The notes beneath the pieces are model-generated. The model ran no database searches. It worked only from the letters and a program-made list of their open reading frames with translations, and was not told where the DNA came from. Below, piece by piece: positions 8,500-17,692 of a stretch of DNA of 64,000 nucleotides. A program made the translations under genes and the position numbers. Origin of the DNA: Alphaproteobacteria bacterium. Lineage in GTDB: Bacteria > Pseudomonadota > Alphaproteobacteria > CADEGL01. The stretch covers positions 17,879 through 81,878 of the forward strand of contig JBFXED010000017.1 in NCBI GenBank assembly GCA_050180485.1, given 5' to 3'. Numbering within the stretch: position 1 is the first letter of the stretch; each line of letters starts with the position of its first letter.

Positions 8500-8868
8500 A
8501 TGAGTCTCTGCGACCTCTGCCCCGATCCCGGTTATTGCTGCCGCGGCCTTGTGCTGACCAGCGACAAGAAGGGCGATGTGACGGCCAAGGACGGCACGCT
8601 CGTATTTCCCGCCGAGGAAGGCATCTGGGCGGTGCACGACTATATCGAGCGCAACAACATGCCGTTCCAGCCGGTGGACATCGAGCGCAGCTACCGGATC
8701 AACGGCAGGAAATACAACTCCTGGACGCTCAACTGCCCCAAGCTGGGGCGCGACGGGCGCTGCGGCGCCTACGAGGACCGGCCCGAGAACTGCCGCAACT
8801 TCGAGGCCAGCACCACGAAGACGCCCACCTGCGTGTTCTACAAGGTCAAGAGCATCGGCGGCGTCTGA
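8500..8868 (+). CDS. YkgJ-family cysteine-cluster protein (CxxCx5CC Fe/Zn-chelating domain)
   Basis: 122 aa. CDLCPDPGYCC at the N-terminus plus downstream CPKLGRDGRCGAY...RPENC. RBS AAGGAGAG. Confidence 0.6.
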   Translation: MSLCDLCPDPGYCCRGLVLTSDKKGDVTAKDGTLVFPAEEGIWAVHDYIERNNMPFQPVDIERSYRINGRKYNSWTLNCPKLGRDGRCGAYEDRPENCRNFEASTTKTPTCVFYKVKSIGGV

Positions 8869-8881
8869 AGCTAAAAAAATA

Positions 8882-8909
8882 AAAAGGGGAGGCTTCCACC
8901 TCCCCTTTT
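8882..8909. terminator. Bidirectional rho-independent terminator (AAAAGGGGAGG-cttcca-CCTCCCCTTTT) shared by the YkgJ gene (+) and SBP1 (-)
   Basis: The GC stem is flanked by an A-run on one side and a T-run on the other. Confidence 0.6.
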
Positions 8910-8921
8910 CACGTCACGCCG

Positions 8922-10178
8922 TCAAGGTTTGACGGCTTTCGGATTTTTACCGACATCGAAGGTTGCCGGATCGGCGCTGGTGAATTCATAGAAAACCGGG
9001 CGGAACTGGGAGCAATCGCCGTTCGGCCGGCAGGTGATTTCGCCCGTCAGGCCCTTCATACCCTTGGTCGTGATGATGGCCTGCTGGAGCTTGGAGATCG
9101 GGATGTAGGTTGCGTCCTTCTCCTGCACCGCCACCTTCTCGATCGACTTCGCGGCCAACATGTAGGCGTCGTAGCCATAGGCCGTCCAAGCCGTGGACGG
9201 TCCTTCACCGAACTTCTTCTCGTACTTCTTGAGAAGCGTTTTATAACCATCGCCCTGGGAGTCCGCGTCCAACGGCGGCGAGATGATCGGAAAACCGACG
9301 ATCGCCTTGCCACCCACGGCGACGAAGTTCTTGTCGAGCACGTTGTCTGATCCCATCAGCATCACGTCCTTGAAGCCGTCCACCTGTTTGGCTTGCTGGA
9401 CGATATGGGCCGTGGCCGCGATGTAGGTCGGGAAGAACACCATTTGCGGCTTCGCTGTCGTAAGGCGCGTCAGCATCGGGCGCATATCGACGTCCGTTGG
9501 GGCGATGGCTTCGACCGCGACGATAGTGCCGCCCAGGCTCTTGAACTTGTTCGCGAACGCCGAAGCCAGGCCTTCGACATAAGCCGTGCCGTCATGAATA
9601 GCGGCGGCCTTATCGAACTTCTTCGTATTTCGCGCCCACTCGGCCAGCGCTTCGCCCTCGAACAAGGCGTTGAAGATGACTCGCGAGAAACCCTCGAAAC
9701 CCGGACCACGGGTCTTGACGTCCGTCAGCTTGGGGGAGGCCGCGAGGATAGCGATATTAGGAATACCAGCCTTCCAAAGAATCGGCGCCGCAGGTGTGGT
9801 AGCGGGCGAACAACTCGAACCGAGCGCGATGACGACTTGCTGGTTGGCTGCGATCTTCGTTGCCGCGGTCTGACCGCCCTCGGCGTTGCACGCATCGTCC
9901 TCGGCCATGAATTTGACCGGATGGCCGAGCAGCTTATCTCCCATGTCCGCTACCGCGATCTGCGCGCCGCGGTAAGGATCGAGGCCCTGGCCAACATCGG
10001 GTCCCGATAGAACCTCGTAGAGGCCGATCACGATCGGCTGCCCTTTCGGGATTTTCACCACGCGGACCGGATCCTCGACCGGCCCGACCTTAACGGCCCA
10101 GGCCGCATTCGACCCAAAGGCGACGGCGCCCAATAGACTGGCGCCTATCAGCAATGCGCGAGATCTCGACATAGCCAT
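8922..10178 (-). CDS. Orphan ABC-transporter substrate-binding protein, Liv (branched-chain amino acid / PBP type I) family, copy 1
   Basis: 418 aa with a signal peptide (MAMSRSRALLIGASLLGAVAFGSNAAWA). RBS GGAGGAG. Its sequence closely parallels the two downstream tandem copies at the protein level. Confidence 0.85.
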   Translation of the reverse strand: MAMSRSRALLIGASLLGAVAFGSNAAWAVKVGPVEDPVRVVKIPKGQPIVIGLYEVLSGPDVGQGLDPYRGAQIAVADMGDKLLGHPVKFMAEDDACNAEGGQTAATKIAANQQVVIALGSSCSPATTPAAPILWKAGIPNIAILAASPKLTDVKTRGPGFEGFSRVIFNALFEGEALAEWARNTKKFDKAAAIHDGTAYVEGLASAFANKFKSLGGTIVAVEAIAPTDVDMRPMLTRLTTAKPQMVFFPTYIAATAHIVQQAKQVDGFKDVMLMGSDNVLDKNFVAVGGKAIVGFPIISPPLDADSQGDGYKTLLKKYEKKFGEGPSTAWTAYGYDAYMLAAKSIEKVAVQEKDATYIPISKLQQAIITTKGMKGLTGEITCRPNGDCSQFRPVFYEFTSADPATFDVGKNPKAVKP

Positions 10179-10377
10179 GACGACACTCCTCCAAACCGCG
10201 ATTGTTTTTCGGAAAACGGCGCCGGCGGTCTCAGCGACCTATCCCCCGTCCACGCTCCCTTTTTCACGATGTCGAACCCGGCCATCCCCCCCGGCCGGAC
10301 CTGGCATTATCGGCAGATGGGCCGAGGATAGGCAATAAGGCCGACCGACGACGGGTAATCTCGCTCACGCACAAAAA

Positions 10378-10401
10378 CGGGGGAGGCTTTCGCCTCCCCC
10401 G
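10378..10401 (-). terminator. Terminator hairpin CGGGGGAGGC-tttc-GCCTCCCCCG downstream of SBP2
   Basis: Read directly. Preceded by AAAAA on the plus strand; located 26 nt past the SBP2 stop. Confidence 0.5.
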
Positions 10402-10426
10402 CGTAGGTTCCAATCCGAAGCGTGTT

Positions 10427-11686
10427 TTACGGCGTGTAGTTCTTGGGATTCTTGCCGATCTCGAACGTGTTCGGGTCGGCGTTGACGTACTGGTAGAAGA
10501 CGGCGCGGAACTGGGCGCAGTCGCCGTTCGGACGGCAGGTGATCGTGCCCGAAATCCCCTTCATATCCTTGGTCGCCAGGATGGTTTCCTGGAGCTTGGA
10601 GATCGGGATGTAGACCGTGCCGTCCTTATCCTTGACCGCGACCTTCTCGATCGACTTGGCCGCCAGCATCAGAGCGTCGTAGCCGTGGGGCGCCCATGCG
10701 GTGGTCGGACCTTCGCCGAACTTCTTCTTGTACTGCTCGACCAGCTTCTTATACGGCGCGCCGTAAGAGTCCGCATCGAGCGGCGGCGAGACAATGGGGA
10801 ATCCAACGGACGCCTGGCCGGCCAAGCTGATGAAGTTCTTGTCGGCCACGTTGTCCGAGCCCATCAGCATGATGTCCTTGAAGCCGTCGACTTCCTTGGA
10901 CTGCTTCACGATATGGGCGGTCGCCGCGATGAAGGTCGGCAGGAACACCATCTGCGGCTTCGTGGTGACCAGACGGGTCAGCATCGGCCGCATGTCCACG
11001 TCCTGGGCGTTGATGGCTTCGACCGTCACCACCGTGCCGCCAAGCGCCTTGAACTTGTTGACGAATGCTTCGACCAAGCCCTGGACGTATGGCGTGCCGT
11101 CATGCACGGCGGCGACCTTGTCCAGCTTCTTGGTGTTGCGCGCCCACTCCGCCAACGCCTCGCCTTCGAACAAGGCGTTATAGATCACGCGGGAGAAACC
11201 CTCGTACCCCGGGCCGCGCGCCTTCACGTCGGTCAACTTGGGAGACGCGGCACCCGTGGCGATGTCCGGGATGCCCGCCTTCCACAGGATCGGCGCCGCG
11301 GGGATCGTGGCGCTGGAGCAGTTCGAACCCAGCGCGATCACCACCTGCTGGTTGGCGGCGATCTTGGTGGCAGCCGTCTGGCCGCCCTCGGCGCTACACG
11401 CGTCGTCTTCCGCGATCAGGCGCAAGGGACGATCGAGCAGCTTGCCGCCCAGATCGTCGACCGCGACCTGCGCACCGCGATACGGATCCAAGCCCTGGCC
11501 GGCATCGGGACCGGACAAGACCGTGTAAAGAGCCATGACAACCGGCTGGCCCTTGGCGATTTTCACGACGCGGATCGGATCTTCCACCGGTCCGACCTTG
11601 ACGGCCCATGCGGCGCCCGATCCGAGCGCGAGCGCGCCCAGGAAACTGGCCCCCATCAGCAAAGCACGAGACTTGGACAAAGCCAT
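10427..11686 (-). CDS. Orphan Liv-family substrate-binding protein, copy 2
   Basis: Best start is the third in-frame ATG (MALSKSRALL) with RBS GGAGGT. Signal peptide. Co-linear with copies 1 and 3 throughout. Confidence 0.85.
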   Translation of the reverse strand: MALSKSRALLMGASFLGALALGSGAAWAVKVGPVEDPIRVVKIAKGQPVVMALYTVLSGPDAGQGLDPYRGAQVAVDDLGGKLLDRPLRLIAEDDACSAEGGQTAATKIAANQQVVIALGSNCSSATIPAAPILWKAGIPDIATGAASPKLTDVKARGPGYEGFSRVIYNALFEGEALAEWARNTKKLDKVAAVHDGTPYVQGLVEAFVNKFKALGGTVVTVEAINAQDVDMRPMLTRLVTTKPQMVFLPTFIAATAHIVKQSKEVDGFKDIMLMGSDNVADKNFISLAGQASVGFPIVSPPLDADSYGAPYKKLVEQYKKKFGEGPTTAWAPHGYDALMLAAKSIEKVAVKDKDGTVYIPISKLQETILATKDMKGISGTITCRPNGDCAQFRAVFYQYVNADPNTFEIGKNPKNYTP

Positions 11687-11836
11687 TCGCATTACCTCCA
11701 TTGCCGCATTGATTGTTAGGAAAGCGGCGGCGGCGGCAACGCCAACGCTTCCTTGTCGTACGTCCTCGGTCGATTAAGGGGATCGACGGCGAAGGGGCCG
11801 ATTATCGGCGCAGTGTCCCGCCCCGCGCAAACAAAA

Positions 11837-11860
11837 CGGGGGAGGCTTTTGCCTCCCCCG
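11837..11860 (-). terminator. Terminator hairpin CGGGGGAGGC-tttt-GCCTCCCCCG downstream of SBP3
   Basis: Near-identical to the hairpin at 10378..10401. Confidence 0.5.
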
Positions 11861-11884
11861 TTCGCGTTACAACGCTTGCGTTTT

Positions 11885-13144
11885 CTATGGATTCACGTTC
11901 TTCGGATTCTTGCCGATATCGAAGGTATTCGGATCGGCATTGACATATTGATAGAAGACTGCCCGGAACTGGGCGCAGTCGCCGTTCGGACGGCAGGTGA
12001 TCGTGCCCGAGACGCCCTTCATGTCCTTGGTCGCCAGGATGGCTTCTTGCAGCTTGGAGATCGGGATGTAGATCGTGCCGTCCTTGTCCTTGACCGCGAC
12101 CTTCTCGATCGACTTGGCCGCGAGCATCACGGCGTCGTAGCCGTGCGCCGTCCACGCCGTGGTCGGGCCTTCGCCGAACTTCTTCTTATATTGCTCCAAC
12201 AGCTTCTTATAAGCGTCACCATAGGAATCGGCATCGAGCGGCGGCGAGACGATGGTAAAGCCGACGGAAGATTGGCCCGCCAGGTTGATGAAGTTTTTGT
12301 CGAGCACGTTGTCCGAGCCCATCATCATGATGTCCTTGAAGCCATCGACTTCTTTGGCCTGCTTCACGATGTGCGCGGTGGCCGCGATGAAGGTGGGGAA
12401 GAACACCATCTGCGGCTTCGTCGTGACCAGGCGGGTCAGCATCGGCCGCATATCGACGTCCTGGGCGTTGATCGCCTCGACCGTCACCACCGTGCCGCCG
12501 AGGGACTTGAACTTATTGGTGAACGCCTCCACAAGTCCCTGGACGTAGGGCGTGCCGTCATGGACCGCCGCGACTTTGTCCAACTTCTTCGTGTTGCGCG
12601 CCCATTCCGCTAGCGCCTCGCCCTCGAAGGCCGCGTTGTAAATCACGCGGGAGAAGCCTTCATACCCCGGACCGCGCGCCTTCACGTCCGTCAGCTTGGG
12701 GGACGCGGCACCCGTGGCGATGTCGGGGATGCCCGCTTTCCAAAGGATCGGGGCCGCGGGGATTGTGGCACTGGAGCAGTTGGAGCCCAGAGCGATGACC
12801 ACCTGCTGGTTGGCGGCGATCTTGGTGGCCGCGGTCTGGCCGCCTTCGGCGCTGCAAGCGTCGTCTTCCGCCGTCAGGCGCAGGGGACGATCAAGCAGCT
12901 TGCCTTTCAAATCATCCACCGCCAGCTGCGCACCGCGGTAGGGATCGAGACCCTGGCCCGCGTCGGGACCGGACAGAACCGTATAGAGAGCCATGACGAT
13001 CGGTTGACCCTTGGGGACTTTCACGACGCGGACCGGATCTTCCACCGGCCCGACCTTGACCGCCCAGGCACTTCCGGACGCCAACGCGAGCGTGCCGGCA
13101 ACAACCGCGCTCGTAAGCAGCGCACGACAACTCAACGAACCCAT
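11885..13144 (-). CDS. Orphan Liv-family substrate-binding protein, copy 3
   Basis: Start at MGSLSCRALL (ATG 13144) with RBS GGAGG. Signal peptide. Paralog of copies 1 and 2. Confidence 0.85.
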   Translation of the reverse strand: MGSLSCRALLTSAVVAGTLALASGSAWAVKVGPVEDPVRVVKVPKGQPIVMALYTVLSGPDAGQGLDPYRGAQLAVDDLKGKLLDRPLRLTAEDDACSAEGGQTAATKIAANQQVVIALGSNCSSATIPAAPILWKAGIPDIATGAASPKLTDVKARGPGYEGFSRVIYNAAFEGEALAEWARNTKKLDKVAAVHDGTPYVQGLVEAFTNKFKSLGGTVVTVEAINAQDVDMRPMLTRLVTTKPQMVFFPTFIAATAHIVKQAKEVDGFKDIMMMGSDNVLDKNFINLAGQSSVGFTIVSPPLDADSYGDAYKKLLEQYKKKFGEGPTTAWTAHGYDAVMLAAKSIEKVAVKDKDGTIYIPISKLQEAILATKDMKGVSGTITCRPNGDCAQFRAVFYQYVNADPNTFDIGKNPKNVNP

Positions 13145-13316
13145 GGGAGCCTCCAAAGCTGCATCAAACCGGGAGCGCCGGAAGGCGCCCCGATGAGGTT
13201 TCTGTGCTTTCTTGGACTCCGGCTCGAGTTCCCTCGCCGGAAAAGGACCCACTGCGCGGTGATTATTCCGGAGTAGGCAAACCTGCGCAATCGGGGTGGC
13301 AAAAAAGAGGAGCCGG

Positions 13317-14732
13317 TTAAGTTCCGATTACCGGCCAGTCTAAATCTCCCTTCAGACCGGTCTTTTCCATCAGGCGCCGGGCGGACGCGCGCGCCGCGCC
13401 GTAGACCACGCCTTCGTCCAGGCGGGTGGAATGGCCACCCTTCACGATCACCTGGCCGTCGCAGATGACGGTATCGATGGATTTCGAGCGCGCGACCAGG
13501 ACCGTTTCGAAGACCGGGTCGGTACCCGGGCAGGCTTCGGGCAGGTCGTTGCGCCGAATCACGATGTCGGCGCGTTTGCCCGCTTCAAGGGAACCGACGC
13601 GGTCCTGCCAACCCATGGCGCGCGCGCCACCGAGTGTGGCGATCTCCAGGACGCCGCCCGGCGAGATGTAGTCACCCTGGGCGCGGCTCGCGAGATAAGC
13701 GAGATAAGGCAGCTCGCCGAAGCTCCACAACTTGCACACGTCACTGCCGAAACCGAGATTGGTGCCGCGCGCGCGCAGTTCCAGCATGCGCTGCCGCGTC
13801 GCGCGCCCCACGCCATAGAACAGATAGTTGCCCGGATGCCAGATCACGGACATGCCGGATTGCACGACCGCGTCCATCTCGTCGTCGCGCAGGATGTTCA
13901 TGTGCACGAAGCTGGCGTTCGGCCCAAGCACGCCGATCTCGGCGAAGTGGACGAGCGCGTGCCTGCCCAGACGCTTGTCGTCGGTCTCGACCGCCTGCGG
14001 CAGGAACGATTGGTGCTGGGTGAAGACGACCTTGTTTTCGTCAGCGCATTTCTTGGCCGCGCGCAGCAGTTCGTCCGAAGCCGAGCCTGAACCGTAGACT
14101 GCGACGTGCCCGCCGATCAGGGCGTTCGGGTCCTTGTTGCGCCGGCACTCCGTGCCCATGAGCTTCAGTGCGCGCTCGAGCGTCGGCGGCGAGCGGTCCA
14201 GCGCGGCCATCTGCGTACCGGCCAGGGAGTCCGAGAGGTATGGATCGGCCAGCGAGCCGCGGATGCCGACCGCTTCGGCCGCCTTGGCGGCGGCGTCGGG
14301 TTCGAACACCGTGCCGGGCTCCATGAAGCAGGTGTAGCCGTTCTTGGCCATCTCCAAGCATGCGAGCTGGGCCGAGGCATGCTCGTCTTCGTCCGTCAGG
14401 GCGTTTGCCCATTCGACATAGATCGGCTTGCCGGTCCCGCCGCCGCCGGACGTCCCCACTGCCGGCCGCTTCGGGTCGTCGGAGATCGAGCCGCGCGTCA
14501 TATGCATGGTCGTGTGGTAGTGCGCCTCGACAAAGCCGGGGTGCACCACCGCACCGCCCGCGTCGATCACGCGCTTGGCGGCTACCTTGGCCGCCACGTC
14601 GCGCTCAGGACCGACCATCAGGATATCGCGCCCCAGGATCGCAACCGCGCCCGGCCGCCAGATCGTGCGCTTCGCGTCCATGCTCAGCACGCACGCGTTC
14701 TTGATCAGGATGTCGCAAGTCTTTGGCGCCAT
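13317..14732 (-). CDS. Amidohydrolase-superfamily metal-dependent hydrolase (deaminase/chlorohydrolase-like)
   Basis: Start at MAPKTCDILIKNACVL with RBS GGAGAG. HYH metal-binding motif (HPGFVEAHYHTTMH). About 470 aa. Confidence 0.8.
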   Translation of the reverse strand: MAPKTCDILIKNACVLSMDAKRTIWRPGAVAILGRDILMVGPERDVAAKVAAKRVIDAGGAVVHPGFVEAHYHTTMHMTRGSISDDPKRPAVGTSGGGGTGKPIYVEWANALTDEDEHASAQLACLEMAKNGYTCFMEPGTVFEPDAAAKAAEAVGIRGSLADPYLSDSLAGTQMAALDRSPPTLERALKLMGTECRRNKDPNALIGGHVAVYGSGSASDELLRAAKKCADENKVVFTQHQSFLPQAVETDDKRLGRHALVHFAEIGVLGPNASFVHMNILRDDEMDAVVQSGMSVIWHPGNYLFYGVGRATRQRMLELRARGTNLGFGSDVCKLWSFGELPYLAYLASRAQGDYISPGGVLEIATLGGARAMGWQDRVGSLEAGKRADIVIRRNDLPEACPGTDPVFETVLVARSKSIDTVICDGQVIVKGGHSTRLDEGVVYGAARASARRLMEKTGLKGDLDWPVIGT

Positions 14733-14763
14733 CGCGGTCGCTCTCCTGCCGGTATCGGAACGC

Positions 14764-15531
14764 TTACGCCTTGGCGGTTTGTCCGCCGTCCACGGGTAGC
14801 GCCACGCCATTTATGAAGCCGGCCTGATCGGAGGCCAGGAACGCGACGGCCGCCGCGACATCCTCGGGTGCGCCGAACCGGTTGTACGGGATGACATTCT
14901 CGAAATAGCGCATCCGTTCCGGATCGGAGAAGGACGTCGACGACATCTCGGTCTTGATGACGCCGGGACAGATCGCGTTCACGCGAATCCCGTGCGGGCC
15001 AAACTGCGTCGCCGCCAGCTTGGTCAGGATCACGACCGCGCCCTTGGAGGCGTAATAGCCGGCGTTCGCCGTGGTCTCGGGATCGGGATAGCGCGCGCCC
15101 ATCAGGCCGTTGACCGAGGCGATGTTGATGATCGAACCGCGCATCTTGGCCTTCATGTGCGGATACACCGCCTGCATACCCAGGAACACGCCGGTGCCGT
15201 TGACCTCCATGGTCTTGCGCCATGTCTCGAGCGAGGTCTTTTCGACCGACGCGCGGCCGCCCACGCCGGCGTTGTTCACCAGAATGTCGAGCCCGCCATA
15301 AGTGTCGAGCGTGGTTTTGACCACGCGCGCCCATGATCCCTCGTCGGTCACATCGTGCGGCAGGAATGTGCAGGGGCCGCGTGCGGCCAAGCGCTTCTCG
15401 GTTTCCTTGCCCTTCTCCGCGTTCACATCGGTGATCACGACTTTCGCGCCGTGCGCGATCATCGCCTCGGCATCCGACGCGCCCATGCCCTGCGCGCCAC
15501 CGGTCACGATGGCGACTTTTCCTGCCAGCAT
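14764..15531 (-). CDS. SDR-family oxidoreductase
   Basis: Start MLAGKVAIVTGGAQGMG (Rossmann TGxxxGxG). Motifs NNAG and YxxxK (AGYYASK). RBS GGGAGGGA. Immediately upstream of, and co-oriented with, the amidohydrolase. Confidence 0.85.
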   Translation of the reverse strand: MLAGKVAIVTGGAQGMGASDAEAMIAHGAKVVITDVNAEKGKETEKRLAARGPCTFLPHDVTDEGSWARVVKTTLDTYGGLDILVNNAGVGGRASVEKTSLETWRKTMEVNGTGVFLGMQAVYPHMKAKMRGSIINIASVNGLMGARYPDPETTANAGYYASKGAVVILTKLAATQFGPHGIRVNAICPGVIKTEMSSTSFSDPERMRYFENVIPYNRFGAPEDVAAAVAFLASDQAGFINGVALPVDGGQTAKA

Positions 15532-15713
15532 TCCGTCCCTCCCAAAGCCTGAAACCGCGGAAACCCAGGCGCAGAGCCTAACGCCGCGCATCGGGACGGT
15601 CACGCGCGCCTAGGAATTCTTCCTTGGGGACAAGCCGAAACTTTCTACTTGCAAATCATTCGCAATCGCATAAACTCCCTCTTCGACGACACAAGCAGGG
15701 GAAAGCAGTCCCC

Positions 15714-15866
15714 ATGTTCATCTGGCGCAATCTCGGCGTCGAACCGTTGGTCAAACTGATGTCGCGTCACGGCGACAAAGATCGGCGGCCCGAGTCCGGC
15801 ACGGAATTGTCCAGGCCCGAGCGTCCGCGCGGCGAGGAGAAGCCAGTCCCGGCCGAGCCGCGCTAG
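15714..15866 (+). CDS. Small hypothetical protein (50 aa), weak
   Basis: ATG-initiated ORF (MFIWRNLGVEPLVKL...) in an otherwise empty 500-bp intergenic region. No recognisable domain. Confidence 0.2.
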   Translation: MFIWRNLGVEPLVKLMSRHGDKDRRPESGTELSRPERPRGEEKPVPAEPR

Positions 15867-15922
15867 CCCCGCGCGCGTCCTGCCCACCTCGTGTTCATCG
15901 CCACGAGTTGGGTGCGCGGGTT

Positions 15923-15959
15923 CGCCCCCACCCCTCAGGTCCTCCCTAGGGGTGGGGGC
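15923..15959. other. GC-rich perfect hairpin GCCCCCACCCCT...AGGGGTGGGGGC (12-bp arms)
   Basis: Read directly from sequence. Lies between the small ORF and the enolase gene. Could be a terminator or REP-like element. Confidence 0.4.
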
Positions 15960-16030
15960 GCTTGGCTTCTCCGGAACCTCACCGTCATAATCCGCCGCCG
16001 CGCAATCCGCGTTTCGGGAGATATCCGCAC

Positions 16031-17200
16031 ATGAAGATCGCCAAGGTCGAAGGCTTCCGGCTCTATCCGAAGGCCATCAAGGAAGCGTGGGTCGAGGACG
16101 AGTATGTCTGGCCAAGCCATCCGCCTTCCGTCCTGATGAAGGTCACGGCCGAGGACGGCACCTACGGCATTGGCGAGGCATCGAGCCAGCAATGGTATTT
16201 GGGTGAGACCTCGGACCAGATCCTGGAGCTGGCGCAGATCTATGACGGCGCGCTGCGGCGCGTCGATCCCGGCAACTTCGCCCTCTGCAACCATCTGATG
16301 GAAGCGGCCTATGGCGGAGGCATGCCGGGCGGCCGTTCGGCGCGCTCGGGCGTGGACATGGCGCTCTACGATCTCGTCGGCAAGAAGCGCGGCCTGCCCG
16401 TCCATTCGCTTCTCGGCGGCGCCTACCGCACCGAATTCGAGATGCTGACGAATCTCTACCACAAGACGCCGGAGGCGATGGCCGAGGCATGCCGCGACTT
16501 CGTGAAACGCGGCTTCCGCGGCCTCAAGATCAAGGTCGGCGACGTGGTGCTGGCCAAGGGTTGGGACCGCCAGAACATGCTGTCCGAACTGGCCAAGCTG
16601 GACGCCGCGGTCGAGGCCACACCGCGCGATGTCTATATCGATGCCGACGCCAACCAGGGCTGGGAAAGCGCGTCGTGGACGGTGACCGCGTTACGCCGCT
16701 ATGCCGGCCTCGACAATCTATCGATTGAGCAGCCCCTGCCCTACGCCGATCTCGACGGCCATGTGCATGTGCGGCGCACCAGTGGCGTGCCGGTGATTCT
16801 GGATGAGTCCGTGTGGTCGGCGAAGCAGATGCTCCAGCTCGCGCGCATGCAGGCCTGCGACCGCATCGTACTGAAGATGAACCGTCTCGGCGGCTTCCAC
16901 GAATCGATGAAGACCGTGGCCATCTGCGAAAGCGCCAATATCGGCGTCTCGGTCGACACCAACCCCTATACGATGATCGGCGACACGGCCTGCTGCCACA
17001 TGGCGGCCGCCATCCGCACTCCCTACCCCGTGGATTGCGAAGGGCACGTCTCGTTCCTCGACTGGGGACCGCACAAGTTCGTGACCGGCGGCATCACCAT
17101 CAAGGGTGGGACGGCCAAGCTGCCCGATGCGCCGGGCCTGGGCGTCGATATCGACTGGGCCTTGCTGGAAAAGCACACGAAGGAAGGCTACGACCGCTAG
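16031..17200 (+). CDS. Enolase-superfamily enzyme, mandelate racemase / muconate lactonizing enzyme (MR/MLE) subgroup
   Basis: 389 aa; RBS GGGAGA. N-terminal capping domain plus TIM-barrel with metal-ligand pattern (KIKVG ... DANQGW ... ILDES). The context with a ProR-family gene suggests a hydroxyproline dehydratase/epimerase. Confidence 0.85.
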   Translation: MKIAKVEGFRLYPKAIKEAWVEDEYVWPSHPPSVLMKVTAEDGTYGIGEASSQQWYLGETSDQILELAQIYDGALRRVDPGNFALCNHLMEAAYGGGMPGGRSARSGVDMALYDLVGKKRGLPVHSLLGGAYRTEFEMLTNLYHKTPEAMAEACRDFVKRGFRGLKIKVGDVVLAKGWDRQNMLSELAKLDAAVEATPRDVYIDADANQGWESASWTVTALRRYAGLDNLSIEQPLPYADLDGHVHVRRTSGVPVILDESVWSAKQMLQLARMQACDRIVLKMNRLGGFHESMKTVAICESANIGVSVDTNPYTMIGDTACCHMAAAIRTPYPVDCEGHVSFLDWGPHKFVTGGITIKGGTAKLPDAPGLGVDIDWALLEKHTKEGYDR

Positions 17201-17206
17201 GGCCGA

Positions 17207-17692
17207 ATGGGTGAATCAGGCAGGACAGCGATATATCCGGCGCTCATTCCGCCGGAAAGCGGGCACCCCACGCACGACGTCTTCGAGGTCGGTCTCGATT
17301 CCGCGCGCGGCCGTGGGTTGCGGTCGAAGGCCTCGTTCGTGCGTGGTCAGCGGGTCGCCAAACTATCGGGAGTGCTCGTGTCGACGCCTGGGTTGAACAC
17401 GATCCAGATCGCGCCGGGCATCCATCTTTACGACGAATGGTTTTGCCGCTTCATTCTCCACAGTTGCGATCCAAATCTGGAAATCGACCTTCGAACGCTC
17501 GAAGCGGTGGCCAAGCGCCCGATCGCGCCCGGCGACGCACTCAGCATTGACTACGCTACGACGGAAGACCGCCTCGGCCGACAATTCGCGTGTGCGTGCG
17601 GCGCCGCGAACTGCCGGGGTTGGATCCTTGGCCGCAAGGAAGAGCCGTCGGCGGAAGGGCTTGCCATCCTGGCGCGACGGACGCCGCGCTAA
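17207..17692 (+). CDS. SET-domain protein (putative protein-lysine methyltransferase)
   Basis: RGRGLRSKASFVRGQRVAKLSG (SET-N), ILHSCDPN (NHSCxPN motif) and YATTED...CACGAANCRG (SET-C with Cys-rich post-SET). The ATG is 6 nt after the enolase stop with no independent RBS, so it is probably translationally coupled. Confidence 0.7.
   Translation: MGESGRTAIYPALIPPESGHPTHDVFEVGLDSARGRGLRSKASFVRGQRVAKLSGVLVSTPGLNTIQIAPGIHLYDEWFCRFILHSCDPNLEIDLRTLEAVAKRPIAPGDALSIDYATTEDRLGRQFACACGAANCRGWILGRKEEPSAEGLAILARRTPR

Noticed and set aside
10202-12613. Plus-strand ORFs (505 aa and 286 aa) across the SBP2/SBP3 region
   Set aside because: Antisense to the paralogous SBP genes. The apparent repetition between them just mirrors the gene duplication. 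They have no RBS and no domains.
8880-13260. Possible CRISPR-like or IS-like repeat array suggested by recurring GGGGGAGGC hairpins at about 1.45-kb intervals
   Set aside because: The periodicity is that of whole duplicated SBP genes with their terminators. There are no short direct repeats with unique spacers, no cas genes and no transposase.
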